DNA of 55,361 nucleotides, from the IMG/VR virus record IMGVR_UViG_3300031992_000037. One strand, 5' to 3'. Source of the DNA: an uncultured virus (IMG/VR IMGVR_UViG_3300031992_000037). Taxonomy: Duplodnaviria; Heunggongvirae; Uroviricota; Caudoviricetes. Below the pieces are notes generated by a model. It saw nothing but the letters and a program-made list of their open reading frames with translations, did no database searches and was not told where the DNA came from. Positions 32,839 to 42,800 of this stretch are shown piece by piece. The stretch's first letter is position 1. Every line of letters begins with the position of its first letter. Both the position numbers and the translations under genes were made by a program.

Positions 32839-33264
32839 ATGCCATTTAATGAGATGTGGGAAAGTTTAGTGAATATGTATAAGAGTACTGTAATGTTTCT
32901 CCGCTCAAATCGGAGAAATCGTCAAACAAAAATGACGAGGGGCGAATATTGTCCAGGAGAGCTTAAAAGTTCTCAGGCAATTCGCCAAATACTTTTTGAT
33001 TTGAGAGGTAAGTTAATTCACTTTCCCAAGGATTCTTGGGTGTACTACATCTTAAGAGACCTTAAGATGGAAGAGTTCCGAAGAGGTGAAATAACCTACT
33101 GGAGATGTTGCCCGTACTTTGAGAGGGTGTACATTAACTTCAATGATGAAGCTAATTGGAACGAACTCCAAAGTACAGGTAAACTCTCCTGGGCTCGGGA
33201 TGAGTATATATCATGGCTAAAAGCTGTGATGCCGCTCCGTTCTGAGATTATCCAGGTAGAGTGA
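32839..33264 (+). CDS. Orphan protein (141 aa) inside the repeat-flanked cassette
   Basis: Track ORF with A-rich initiation region. Confidence 0.7.
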   Translation: MPFNEMWESLVNMYKSTVMFLRSNRRNRQTKMTRGEYCPGELKSSQAIRQILFDLRGKLIHFPKDSWVYYILRDLKMEEFRRGEITYWRCCPYFERVYINFNDEANWNELQSTGKLSWARDEYISWLKAVMPLRSEIIQVE

Positions 33265-33688
33265 TCTCCATCGGAGTTCCCACTACAGCAATGTGAATGG
33301 CAAGAGAGTGGGTGAAAGAGAGTTGCCCGCTGGTCACGTAAGACCACAGTCGAAGGTTACACGGAATCTTAAAGATGTAACCGAGTATTTAAAGTTGGGG
33401 ACAAGTGATTGGTTTTGCTTGTACTTTCTAAATGGGTGTACGCCATTCCGTCGGGAATAGTATTCTACTACCATTCCTTGTAAACGACCCGACGCTAAAT
33501 AATAAACGTTCGACAACGGAAGGACTTGTGCTATCAGGCTGAACGGGCGGAAATATAGCAATCGCATGGGTTAGGTGCGTCCGTGCGGTTGCTTTTTTGT
33601 TATGCACCAAAACGATTTGAACGGATGAAGAGTCTGAAAATTTGGCTTGTCAATGTATCTAATTGGCAAGTTGTAGAACATTGCGGCG

Positions 33689-33762
33689 GTCTTAATCCTT
33701 ATTTGGTTGGAAGATGGTTTAGAAGATTTGTCGTATTAATTTGTGTTTTACCTGTCGAGAGA
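33689..33762 (-). CRISPR. Second solitary CRISPR repeat (33689-33725) followed by a copy of the 37-nt spacer-like unit (33726-33762)
   Basis: Repeat identical to 32180-32216; unit matches 32143-32179 at 36/37. Confidence 0.75.
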
Positions 33763-34034
33763 CAGTAAGATCCTGTTGTGAAACAGTGTCTCTGGCATTT
33801 TAGATGTTAATAATATACGGGTATAGGAGTTTGAATACTCCCATACCTCCTAAAGTAATAAAGTTGTTAAAACTTTGCTGAGGCCGAATATACTCGCTTA
33901 GGCTTTGTTACTTGGGTATAGAGATTTGGTTATCTCTATACCTTCTAATTTAATTGAAGAATTTATTTGTTGTTTATTGGGTTGTTTTGTTGAAGTTTGT
34001 CATGAGGATTACTTAATTGGGGTTAAGTAATCAG

Positions 34035-34063
34035 AACTCTCCCCTGAAATATGGGGAGAGTTT
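34035..34063. terminator. Terminator hairpin downstream of the rep-like gene
   Basis: aactctcccc-tgaaatat-ggggagagtt. Confidence 0.65.
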
Positions 34064-34815
34064 TATAAAACTATATCTTGAAAATTAACTTTATTTTCTT
34101 GTATATGTTTTACCAGTGCATTAATTGTTTTAGATTGATGTTCTAACTTCTCTTGTAATTGTTTATATTTAAGAGATAAATCATCATGTTCTGATTGTAG
34201 AGATTCAATTTTAGAATCTGTTTCTAAGAATTTAAGAGCAATAGTATTGGCGAATTCATTAAAATTATATATTCGCTGGTAATTACATTCTAAATCAGTA
34301 TGCCCATTATCTGGGATTTTTACCAATATATTTTTATCTTCTAAGGATTTCTCATATTTTTGTAAAGTTCTGGGATCTATATTGAGATAATTTGCTAATT
34401 GTTTATTACTATATGTAATAATTCCATTTTGTGCAACTGGATCTTTAAACATAAATTGTTGACTCATTACAATCATCGACTTATCTCTAGAGGATAAATT
34501 AGAATCATTTAGAAAATCAAAAGAAAATATTTCAAATTTATTATAATCATTAAAGGTATATATAGAAGATGTGCCAGGTCTCTTAGTTATATTAATATAT
34601 CCTGCATTTTCTAACCTTTTAAGTCCATTTAAAATAGTTTTTCTATCTAATTCGGAATCTTTTACAATAGTGGAAATTTGTGGATATGCCTGTTTTGTTT
34701 CTAAATTCATATATTTTTTAATACAGGCATAGATATAGGGATCATTTAGTGTTAATCCTTGCTTTTTTAAATCCATATTTGGGATTTGTACGTGCTGTTT
34801 TGATAATTCATTCAT
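34063..34815 (-). CDS. Replication initiator-like protein (tandem winged-HTH, C-terminal coiled coil)
   Basis: AYPQISTIVKDSELDRKTILNGLKRLENAGYI and YSNKQLANYLNIDPRTLQKYEKSLEDKNIL HTHs; iterons upstream. Confidence 0.75.
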   Translation of the reverse strand: MNELSKQHVQIPNMDLKKQGLTLNDPYIYACIKKYMNLETKQAYPQISTIVKDSELDRKTILNGLKRLENAGYINITKRPGTSSIYTFNDYNKFEIFSFDFLNDSNLSSRDKSMIVMSQQFMFKDPVAQNGIITYSNKQLANYLNIDPRTLQKYEKSLEDKNILVKIPDNGHTDLECNYQRIYNFNEFANTIALKFLETDSKIESLQSEHDDLSLKYKQLQEKLEHQSKTINALVKHIQENKVNFQDIVL

Positions 34816-34983
34816 AATAACTTTTATTTTTTACAAAATTACTAAAATATAAATATATAAAAAAGATAATGTTATTATTTTTAAAATAATCTAAAGAAGT
34901 TATTATTATTGCATAAATGTAATTAGGTAGTGTAATTTTTGTAATTATATTGGGAATTAAATAAACTTATTGGTATTGGTATA

Positions 34984-35062
34984 CAAATTCGATACTACCC
35001 TATGCAAATTCGATACTACCCCCCTATGCAAAATTGGTACTACCCTATGCAAAATTGGTACT
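34984..35062 (+). repeat. Four iteron-like direct repeats (putative replication origin)
   Basis: caaattcgatactaccctatg / caaattcgatactacccccctatg / caaaattggtactaccctatg / caaaattggtact, next to AT-rich DNA. Confidence 0.75.
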
Positions 35063-35185
35063 CTAACTATACTTATATATACTTATATAACTATACTTAA
35101 CCGGCTAAGCCGGAACCTAGCCTCGAAATGTACAATAATTGTACAAAAGAGGGCTACCATATGGTAAAAATAGAGCTGGGTCAAT

Positions 35186-35258
35186 GCCGCAATAGCTCAA
35201 TGGATAGAGCAACTGACTTCTAATCAGTAGGTTGTAAGTTCGATTCTTACTTGCGGTA
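35186..35258 (+). tRNA. tRNA-Arg (TCT)
   Basis: GCCGCAA-TAGCTCAATGGATAGAGCA-ACTGA-CT[TCT]AA-TCAGT-AGGTT-GTAAG-TTCGATT-CTTAC-TTGCGGT-A. Confidence 0.93.
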
Positions 35259-35598
35259 CTAGGGAGAGAGGAGTATCTCCACCCTCAAACACTCCCAACT
35301 GCTTACTAATCAGTTAAATATATTTTTTTATGAGGTGAACATTAGTATAACGTGTGTGCTTTTTTTGTTTTCATGTTTTTAGCTATCTATACTAATGTCA
35401 CCTCATTTCTTTTTTATGAACAGACTTAATATTAATATATAAAATCATGAAACCTATAATGATTCTTTTGCTTGTTTTATTTATTTTAACAAGTACATTT
35501 GGATTAGTTAATTTCAACTTTAATCCTAAACAAGAATTTCTTATACTCTTAATTATAGGATTATTTGGAACATTATTATCAATATTTTATTTTATGTT

Positions 35599-35931
35599 AT
35601 GACAAACCAACAACTAGCCCGGAGAGAGAAACTTCGTAAAGTTATGAATTGTTACATTCTAACTGAAAACCAAACTCTGAGTACTCTTACTCAGTTTGTA
35701 GATTATGCTTTTATCTATAAATTAAAGCAATTAGGCTATTTAATGAATAATGGCCGACTTCTTCGTTGGGTTAATAGAGAATTTTTATCAAATGTTGAGA
35801 GAAATTCTGAATTTATTATCCTACGTGGATGGGATGGAATCAGCAAATTGCCAAAACTCGGAGAACCTAAATTACTCCAAGAATTTACTAATCAAGAATT
35901 AATGAATGAACTTTTAAGAAGATTATGCTAA
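35599..35931 (+). CDS. Hypothetical protein
   Basis: Track ORF. Confidence 0.75.
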   Translation: MTNQQLARREKLRKVMNCYILTENQTLSTLTQFVDYAFIYKLKQLGYLMNNGRLLRWVNREFLSNVERNSEFIILRGWDGISKLPKLGEPKLLQEFTNQELMNELLRRLC

Positions 35932-36218
35932 ACACCTACATTAACGAGGGAAAACGCACTATAGTTGTAGTCCTCACAGAAGGTAATTTATCATTTGTTG
36001 GAAAAGCAAAATGCTCTCCAAATGATATTTTTGACGAATCCAAAGGTAAGAAGATTGCTCTTAAAAGAGCACAAATCAAATTCTACAAGCACTTGAAGCA
36101 AATGAATTCTATTCGAATATCTATGCTTAATGGAGCAATTAATCAATTACAAGTCGAAAAAGAAAAGTTTGGCTCCAAAATCCAAAAACTGGAACAACAA
36201 CTTAAAGAATTAAATTAA
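35925..36218 (+). CDS. Conserved phage protein (GxAKCSPNDxFDESKGKKIALxRA motif) with coiled coil
   Basis: Motif recognisable in the translation. Confidence 0.8.
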   Translation: MLNTYINEGKRTIVVVLTEGNLSFVGKAKCSPNDIFDESKGKKIALKRAQIKFYKHLKQMNSIRISMLNGAINQLQVEKEKFGSKIQKLEQQLKELN

Positions 36219-36238
36219 CTTTTTAAATATTTAAAAAC

Positions 36239-36475
36239 ATGGAACAAAACATTATTAATGTCTATGTAACCAAGAGAGGTATACGTAGAGTGTTGTCCTG
36301 CGATTACGACGGACAAAATGAAGTTGATATTATTTTCGAACTATCGAAACCCGATCAACAAGTGTATAACTATATTAATCTTAATAGAAAAGAAGCACTG
36401 TGTCTTCTTTTCGAATTGTTAAGACAATTACTTCCTGGTAGTTTTCTTATTAAAAAGAAAAATCAAACTACTTAA
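36239..36475 (+). CDS. Hypothetical protein
   Basis: Track ORF. Confidence 0.7.
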   Translation: MEQNIINVYVTKRGIRRVLSCDYDGQNEVDIIFELSKPDQQVYNYINLNRKEALCLLFELLRQLLPGSFLIKKKNQTT

Positions 36476-36538
36476 CTATCATAACACACCTGTTCGTGAG
36501 AATGGGTGTGTTTTTTTTAACTAGTAAAAAAATATAAA

Positions 36539-37513
36539 ATGAAAATATTAACAGAAAGAGATGTGAATAAGCATGGCTGGGGTATAGTATCGGTAATTAC
36601 ATCCGACATGCTAGAGAAATATGGGTATACACAAATTGGAGATTATGCTTTTTGGGGCGATGATCTTGAATCAATCATAATACCTAATAGTATAACAAAA
36701 ATTGGAATTGGCGCGTTCAGAAATTGTCCTAAACTGACTTCAGTAACAATCCCCAATAGTGTAACAATTATTGACTCTAGGGCTTTTTTAAATTGTAGTA
36801 ATTTAACCTCAATCAAGATTCCAAATAGTGTAACAGGTATTGGTATACATGCTTTTAATGGTTGTTCTAATTTAACTTCAATAGTAGTAGAAGCAGATAA
36901 TCCAAATTATGATAGTAGAAACAATTGCAATGCTATAATAGAGACTGCTACAAACACTCTTATCGCTGGTTGTAAAAATACAATTATTCCCAATAGTGTA
37001 ACAAATATTGGAAGTTTTGCCTTCTATAGCTGTGATGATTTGACATCTATAATAATTCCCGATAATGTAATTAGCATTGGAGATGATGCTTTCTGCAAAA
37101 CAGGTTTGAAATCCATATCTATTCCAAATAGTGTTACAAGCATTGGATATTGTGCTTTTAAGGATTGTAAAATTAACATACCTAAAAAATATGATAGTCT
37201 GGGTAGACTAATTGCATATAAAGGATTTGATTCTAAGATGCAATGTTATGATCATTTTCAATACATTGAAGGACATACTTATAAAACTTCTGAAGCTATA
37301 TTATGTGAATGCGGATTCCACGCTTGTACTAATCCCTTAGATATATTTTCTTATTATTTCGGAAGAATAAATAAAAATGTATATATACATGAGGTATATC
37401 TTGATGATGTAAGTACTGAAAAGGGTACGGATAGTAAGGTTGTATCTAAGAAAATAACTATTGGTCGAAGATTAACCATTGAAGACATAAACAATATAAT
37501 ACAAGAAAAATAA
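36539..37513 (+). CDS. BspA-type leucine-rich repeat (LRR_5) protein with C-terminal AYKGF...GFHAC domain, copy 1
   Basis: 23-aa IPNSVTxIGxxAFxxCxxLTSI repeats. Confidence 0.92.
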   Translation: MKILTERDVNKHGWGIVSVITSDMLEKYGYTQIGDYAFWGDDLESIIIPNSITKIGIGAFRNCPKLTSVTIPNSVTIIDSRAFLNCSNLTSIKIPNSVTGIGIHAFNGCSNLTSIVVEADNPNYDSRNNCNAIIETATNTLIAGCKNTIIPNSVTNIGSFAFYSCDDLTSIIIPDNVISIGDDAFCKTGLKSISIPNSVTSIGYCAFKDCKINIPKKYDSLGRLIAYKGFDSKMQCYDHFQYIEGHTYKTSEAILCECGFHACTNPLDIFSYYFGRINKNVYIHEVYLDDVSTEKGTDSKVVSKKITIGRRLTIEDINNIIQEK

Positions 37514-37560
37514 AAAAACATTTGTATAATTCAAAAACAAAGTAAAAAAAATAAACAAAC

Positions 37561-38409
37561 ATGAAAACATTAACACAAAATAGTGTAATTGAACACGGAT
37601 GGGATAAATTATCAGTTATAACGGCTGATATGATAGAAAAATATAGGTATACACAAATTGGGAAAAATGCTTTTAATCATTGCCATAGCCTTACCTCAAT
37701 TACTATACCTAATAGTGTAACAACCATTGGACTTTATGCTTTCTATGATTGCACTAATCTTACCTTAATAACCATTCCAAATAGTGTAACAAAAATTGGG
37801 GATTATGCTTTCTATAATTGCCGTAGTCTTACCTCAATAACAATACCAAATAGTGTAATAGCCATTGGGTGTTGGACTTTTTATAGATGTAATAATCTTA
37901 CCTCAATTACTATTCCAAATAGTGTAACATACATTGGAAATGGTGCTTTCTATCATTGCAGTAATCTTACCTCTATAATCATACCTAATAGTGTAACAAC
38001 CATTGAAGATGATGCTTTTGCTGATTGTGGAATAAACCTGCCTAAAAAATACGATAATCAAGGTAGGTTAATTGCATATAAGGGATTTGATAAACACATG
38101 CAATGTCGTGGTTTTCAATACATTGAGGGTGAAACCTACGAAACAGATAAAGCTAAGTTATGTGTATGTGGTTTTCATGCTTGTACAAATCCTCTTGACA
38201 TATTTAACTATTATGCTGGTGAAATAAATAATAAAATGTTTATTCACGAAGTGTATCTTGAAGATGTAAGTGGTGAGGAAAAAAATGATAGTAAAGTAGT
38301 TAGTAAGAAAATAACCATAGGTCGAAGATTAACAATTGAAGATATTAATAATATATTACAAGATGAAAGAGTTAACACGAGACAATGTAACCAAACATGG
38401 ATGGAATGA
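37561..38409 (+). CDS. BspA-type LRR protein, copy 2
   Basis: Same architecture as copy 1. Confidence 0.92.
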   Translation: MKTLTQNSVIEHGWDKLSVITADMIEKYRYTQIGKNAFNHCHSLTSITIPNSVTTIGLYAFYDCTNLTLITIPNSVTKIGDYAFYNCRSLTSITIPNSVIAIGCWTFYRCNNLTSITIPNSVTYIGNGAFYHCSNLTSIIIPNSVTTIEDDAFADCGINLPKKYDNQGRLIAYKGFDKHMQCRGFQYIEGETYETDKAKLCVCGFHACTNPLDIFNYYAGEINNKMFIHEVYLEDVSGEEKNDSKVVSKKITIGRRLTIEDINNILQDERVNTRQCNQTWME

Positions 38410-39184
38410 ACTATCGGTTATTACAGCCGATATGATAAAGGAATATGGCTATACTTCTATTGGAGAATACGCTTTCTATAATTGTAAAAATCTAGTTTCA
38501 ATAACCTTACCAAATAGTATAACGAATATTAGAAGAAGTGCTTTTTTTAATTGTTATAAATTAGCCTTTATAACAATTCCTAATAGTGTAATCAGTATTG
38601 GAAATTATGCTTTCACATTTTGTCACAGCTTGACTTCGGTTATTATTCCTAATAGCGTAATAAATATTGGAAATAATGCATTCACTGGTTGTAATAGTCT
38701 AACCTCAGTCACAATTGGTAATGGTACAACAGGCATTGGAGATTGTACTTTTGCTTTTTGCAATAATCTTATTTCTATTATCATTCCTAATAGTATAAAA
38801 ATTATTGGATTTCGTGCTTTTGGAGGTTGTAAAATAAAGTTGCCTAAAAAATATGATGCCCAAGGTAGATTAATTGCTTACAAAGGATTTAATAAAAACA
38901 TGCAGTGTCGTAATTTTCAATATGCGGAAGGACAAACTTATGAGACATACAAGGCGGAATTGTGTAAATGTGGCTTCCATGCCTGTACTAATCCTCTTGA
39001 TGTATTTACTTATTATGCAGGTGAAATAGGTAAAGATATGTTTATCCATGAAGTATATCTTGAAGAAGTGAATGATGAAGAAGATAGTGATAGCAAGATA
39101 GTTGCTAATAAAATAACTATTGGTAAACGTTTAACAATCAAAGATATTAATAAAATTATACAAAATGAAAATATTAACAGATGA
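38363..39184 (+). CDS. BspA-type LRR protein, copy 3
   Basis: ATG at 38363 (MKELTRD) aligns with the paralog starts. Confidence 0.92.
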   Translation: MKELTRDNVTKHGWNELSVITADMIKEYGYTSIGEYAFYNCKNLVSITLPNSITNIRRSAFFNCYKLAFITIPNSVISIGNYAFTFCHSLTSVIIPNSVINIGNNAFTGCNSLTSVTIGNGTTGIGDCTFAFCNNLISIIIPNSIKIIGFRAFGGCKIKLPKKYDAQGRLIAYKGFNKNMQCRNFQYAEGQTYETYKAELCKCGFHACTNPLDVFTYYAGEIGKDMFIHEVYLEEVNDEEDSDSKIVANKITIGKRLTIKDINKIIQNENINR

Positions 39185-39910
39185 TGAGGTAATTAAAAAT
39201 GAATGGAATAAAAAGTCCATTATCACCTCCCATATGATAGAAAAATATGGATACACACAAATTGGAGATCATGCTTTTTTATTTGCCACAATCTTACCTC
39301 TATAACTCTTCCAGATAATATAACTAGTATTGAAGCTTATGCTTTCTATGGTTGTAACAGGCTGACTTCGGTCACAATTGGCAATAGAGTAACAAGTATT
39401 GGAAAGTGTGCATTCGGAAATTGTAAAAAGCTTGCATCTATAAATATACCAAATAGTATAATAAGTATTGGAGATTATGCTTTCCATGATTGCTATGGGC
39501 TTACTTCGATTGTTATATCAAATAATGTAACAAATATTGGATGTGGTGCGTTTAGAACAGGTAAATTAATAATTCCTTTAAAAAAATATGATAATCTAGG
39601 CAGGTTAATTGCTTATAAAGGTTTTCGTAGAGATATGACTTGTCTTGGTTTTCAATACGAAGAGGGAAAGACCTTCGAAACAAATAGAGCAAAGTTATGC
39701 GAGTGTGGATTTCATGCTTGTATCAACCCATTGGATGTTTTCAATTACTATTATGGGAAAATAAATGAAGATATAGTTATTCATGAAGTATATCTTGAGG
39801 GCGTATCAGAAGATTTAAGCCCATTTTTATATGATAGTAAGGTCGTTGCAAAGAAAATCACTATTGGCAAAAGATTGTCTATAGAAGACATTAATAAAAT
39901 TATACAATAA
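39165..39910 (+). pseudogene. BspA-type LRR protein, copy 4, frameshifted at a T run (about 39275-39284)
   Basis: MKILTDDEV...GDHAF, then continues one base out of frame as an open LRR plus C-terminal domain (track ORF 39635..39910). Confidence 0.85.
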
Positions 39911-39920
39911 AATAAAAATT

Positions 39921-40319
39921 ATGTGTTTACTAGATACTAAAAGAATAAGATTTACAATCTTCCCAAAAAAAGTATATAAGATCGTATATGTTGAGGATGG
40001 GTGTTATTATTCTCCTTACAGATGTATCGATGTTAAACTAATGCAGGTGCAATATCCATACTTTAAAAATGTAGAACCATCTGTATTACACGGTGAAACA
40101 GAACTTTATGAATTCGGAGATGGATTTGTATTTGGATATACTGATTTAATAGAAGCTATATATGCGAAACACAATCTTGAAAGACAACATCCAAGATTTG
40201 AATATGTAATAATAAAAGGTATAATACCTCCATTTACAAGATATGCTCGTGAAGACCGTTATCCTCTATCCGAAGTATGTGCTAGAAAAATGTTTTGGTA
40301 TAAAGTGTTAGGAAGATAA
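39921..40319 (+). CDS. Conserved phage hypothetical protein (MCL...YKIV...YYSPY...IIP)
   Basis: Track ORF. Confidence 0.8.
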   Translation: MCLLDTKRIRFTIFPKKVYKIVYVEDGCYYSPYRCIDVKLMQVQYPYFKNVEPSVLHGETELYEFGDGFVFGYTDLIEAIYAKHNLERQHPRFEYVIIKGIIPPFTRYAREDRYPLSEVCARKMFWYKVLGR

Positions 40320-40357
40320 ATAACATTTGAAAACTAAATAATAAAAGTAGTACTATA

Positions 40358-40609
40358 ATGAACAGATATATTGAACATAACAGAATAACTGAAAAGTGTC
40401 GAGGTTTTACATTTACATTTTTACAACCACGCCGATCAATTTCTTATGGAGAAAATTATCTGATTAGAAAAGAAAGATTCAGAACAGATAGATCTGCTCT
40501 TATTGAGGTTTGGAGTGTATATAAAAATAATATATCTCTTGAAATATTCAAGACAAAGAAAGCAGCTGAAGAATATGTAAAAAGTAAAAATGAGTATGGA
40601 AATCAATAA
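40358..40609 (+). CDS. Hypothetical protein
   Basis: Track ORF. Confidence 0.7.
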   Translation: MNRYIEHNRITEKCRGFTFTFLQPRRSISYGENYLIRKERFRTDRSALIEVWSVYKNNISLEIFKTKKAAEEYVKSKNEYGNQ

Positions 40610-41309
40610 ACAATTATTTGAAGATGTTCTTTCAGGCAAATTTAAAGGTACATTTGTGTTAAGAAATGAAGCAGTATACTCTTCCAATGATTTGCATAGA
40701 AATTATGGAACACTTAAACTCATGTATCCTTATAAGATAGGTTCTGTATCTTTTACACAAAGAGGATTATTTCTTTTAGGTGGTACATCTGCCTGTGATA
40801 TTATTGATTTTAAACCAGATAAAAATATGAAAGAAAATGAATTGACAATCGAAATCCCAGACAACAAGGCTGTAGACTGGGAGGAATCCAAGAAACAAAA
40901 CAAGATTATTTTAAAAGATAAGCAATTGACTTATGAGGATGTTTGTAAGAAATATTTAAAAAACGACTTTTATTTTATAAGACCTAACGGTAGTATAGGT
41001 TATCTTTCAGATGCTCGTATTACACCCAATTGTTCAAAGACTCAACATCAACTTGAATGCATTCTTGCAAAAAACAAACTTGCTAATATTGCATTATTCC
41101 TTAATGATGGTTGGAAACCATTATTTGATAGTAACATTTTTTTATTGAGACAAACATCAACAGGGGTTTCGGTATTTGAAGCTATGAATGGTAGCTGTGC
41201 ATCTGATTGTGGTAGTATTTGGTTCAAATCTGAAGAACTTGCTAAACAAGCAATAGAAATTCTTGGAGAGAAAACTGTTAAACTTGCATTAAAACCTTTA
41301 GGAATATGA
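40590..41309 (+). CDS. Hypothetical fusion protein; C-terminal part related to the 'ELKIEIP' family
   Basis: Internal MKENELTIEIP...GWKP...FKSEELAKQAI. Confidence 0.75.
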   Translation: MSMEINKQLFEDVLSGKFKGTFVLRNEAVYSSNDLHRNYGTLKLMYPYKIGSVSFTQRGLFLLGGTSACDIIDFKPDKNMKENELTIEIPDNKAVDWEESKKQNKIILKDKQLTYEDVCKKYLKNDFYFIRPNGSIGYLSDARITPNCSKTQHQLECILAKNKLANIALFLNDGWKPLFDSNIFLLRQTSTGVSVFEAMNGSCASDCGSIWFKSEELAKQAIEILGEKTVKLALKPLGI

Positions 41310-41578
41310 TATTAGTATTAGTAATTGTCTTTATGCTATGGTCTTTTGGATTGTCTTTAATATGGATCTATCTTTTATCTGATGAATTTGAAGACAGCTT
41401 AGGTATATTTGGCGTCTTACTTATAGTAATAAGTGTAATTATAGCTTTTTATCAGTTCTCAACAACACTAAATGAAAAAGATATTCTTACAGGTGAGGCA
41501 ATTTACCAAGAAGATTTACATATTATTGATAATGATACAATAAAAACTTATGAAATTATATGGAAACAAAAGAATTAA
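41306..41578 (+). CDS. Two-TM membrane protein
   Basis: Hydrophobic helices; paralog at 46566. Confidence 0.75.
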   Translation: MILVLVIVFMLWSFGLSLIWIYLLSDEFEDSLGIFGVLLIVISVIIAFYQFSTTLNEKDILTGEAIYQEDLHIIDNDTIKTYEIIWKQKN

Positions 41579-42072
41579 AAATTGAAATTCCCACTGGATA
41601 TGTTATTGACGAAAGCAAGTCAACTTTCGAAAAAATAGTCTTTAAAAAGAAAGATACTAAACCAAGAAGTTGGGAGGATTATTGTAAACAAGAACATCAT
41701 GATAAACATGATGGTTATTATATAAATAATGGTTCTCGCATATTCTCAGTAAATTGGGGAAACGTACAAGTAAACCGCACAGACTATTTAAATTATTCTA
41801 GAAATATTTTACCTTCTAAAGAATTAGCAGCAGTATTTTTAGCTATGATGCAACTCATGGCATTGAGACAATCGTGGATAGGAGATTGGAAAGCTGATTT
41901 TAGTAATTCTAATCAATGTAAATGGTGTATAGTAATAGATAATAATCGAATAATTGATAGAGAGTCATTTTATGGGCGCTCTCATCCGTTATCTTTTCCA
42001 ACAGAAGAAATGGCTATTGATTTTATTGACACATTTAAAGATTTAATAGAAATCGCTAAACCCCTGATATAA
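41560..42072 (+). CDS. 'METKELKIEIP' family hypothetical protein
   Basis: Paralog of 46832..47323. Confidence 0.85.
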   Translation: METKELKIEIPTGYVIDESKSTFEKIVFKKKDTKPRSWEDYCKQEHHDKHDGYYINNGSRIFSVNWGNVQVNRTDYLNYSRNILPSKELAAVFLAMMQLMALRQSWIGDWKADFSNSNQCKWCIVIDNNRIIDRESFYGRSHPLSFPTEEMAIDFIDTFKDLIEIAKPLI

Positions 42073-42237
42073 TGAAGTATAAAAAGCAAATACAAAACAA
42101 AGAATCAAGAATAAAAAATTGGGAAGTCAATCTTGCCAAAGATTCAGGTTATAGAAAACCAGGTAGTAATAAGAAATAATTCTATTTTTTACAAAAGCTA
42201 ATATGCATATCCATAATTTTTATGGTATGTTAAAACG

Positions 42238-42266
42238 CCCTTAGGATATTGATTTATCCTAAGGGT
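42238..42266 (+). terminator. Hairpin/terminator, duplicated at about 47339-47366
   Basis: cccttaggat-attgattt-atcctaaggg. Confidence 0.6.
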
Positions 42267-42304
42267 TCTAATTAAATATAAATTTTTATAAAAATTTTTA
42301 AATT

Positions 42305-42796
42305 ATGGCAGCAATAGACAAGATTTACATTAAAGATTATTACACCTTTGATAGATTTCGTTTATGGTGTATAGCTCATAAACCAACTCTTTTATATCAT
42401 TTTTATAAATGGAATATGACTGAAAAAGAGTGGGATGAGTTAAAAGAACACTATTATGAAAATAGTAAGAAGAATAGTGATCATGCCTATGATCGTTGTA
42501 GTTGTTTCGAATCATTAAGAAAATACTATGACTCTTTTTTGTTAGAATGTCCAGATAGTAGTAAAGTTTCTGATGAACAGGTTAAAAGAGAAGTATCATA
42601 TTATCTTAGGGATAGAGTACAACTCCAAGATAAAGAAACTTGGACTGAGAATTACCCCATTCCTATAACTAATTTTTCTTGTGAAGAAGATAAATATCTT
42701 TTATGGCATTGTCCTATTAAAGAAATTCGAGAATATTTACATGAACAATGTGGATATAAAGAAAAATGGTATTATAAGTTATTTTTTAAATACTAA
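42305..42796 (+). CDS. Hypothetical protein
   Basis: Track ORF. Confidence 0.8.
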   Translation: MAAIDKIYIKDYYTFDRFRLWCIAHKPTLLYHFYKWNMTEKEWDELKEHYYENSKKNSDHAYDRCSCFESLRKYYDSFLLECPDSSKVSDEQVKREVSYYLRDRVQLQDKETWTENYPIPITNFSCEEDKYLLWHCPIKEIREYLHEQCGYKEKWYYKLFFKY

Positions 42797-42800
42797 TAAT

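Noticed and set aside
32143..33762. Canonical CRISPR array or cas locus
   Set aside because: Only two repeats 1.5 kb apart, no further repeats at spacer distance and no cas genes. The PD-(D/E)XK nuclease at 24.4-25.2 kb lacks the Cas4 cysteine cluster.
36539..39910. Diversity-generating retroelement acting on LRR genes
   Set aside because: No reverse transcriptase and no near-identical TR/VR pair with adenine-specific differences in the window.
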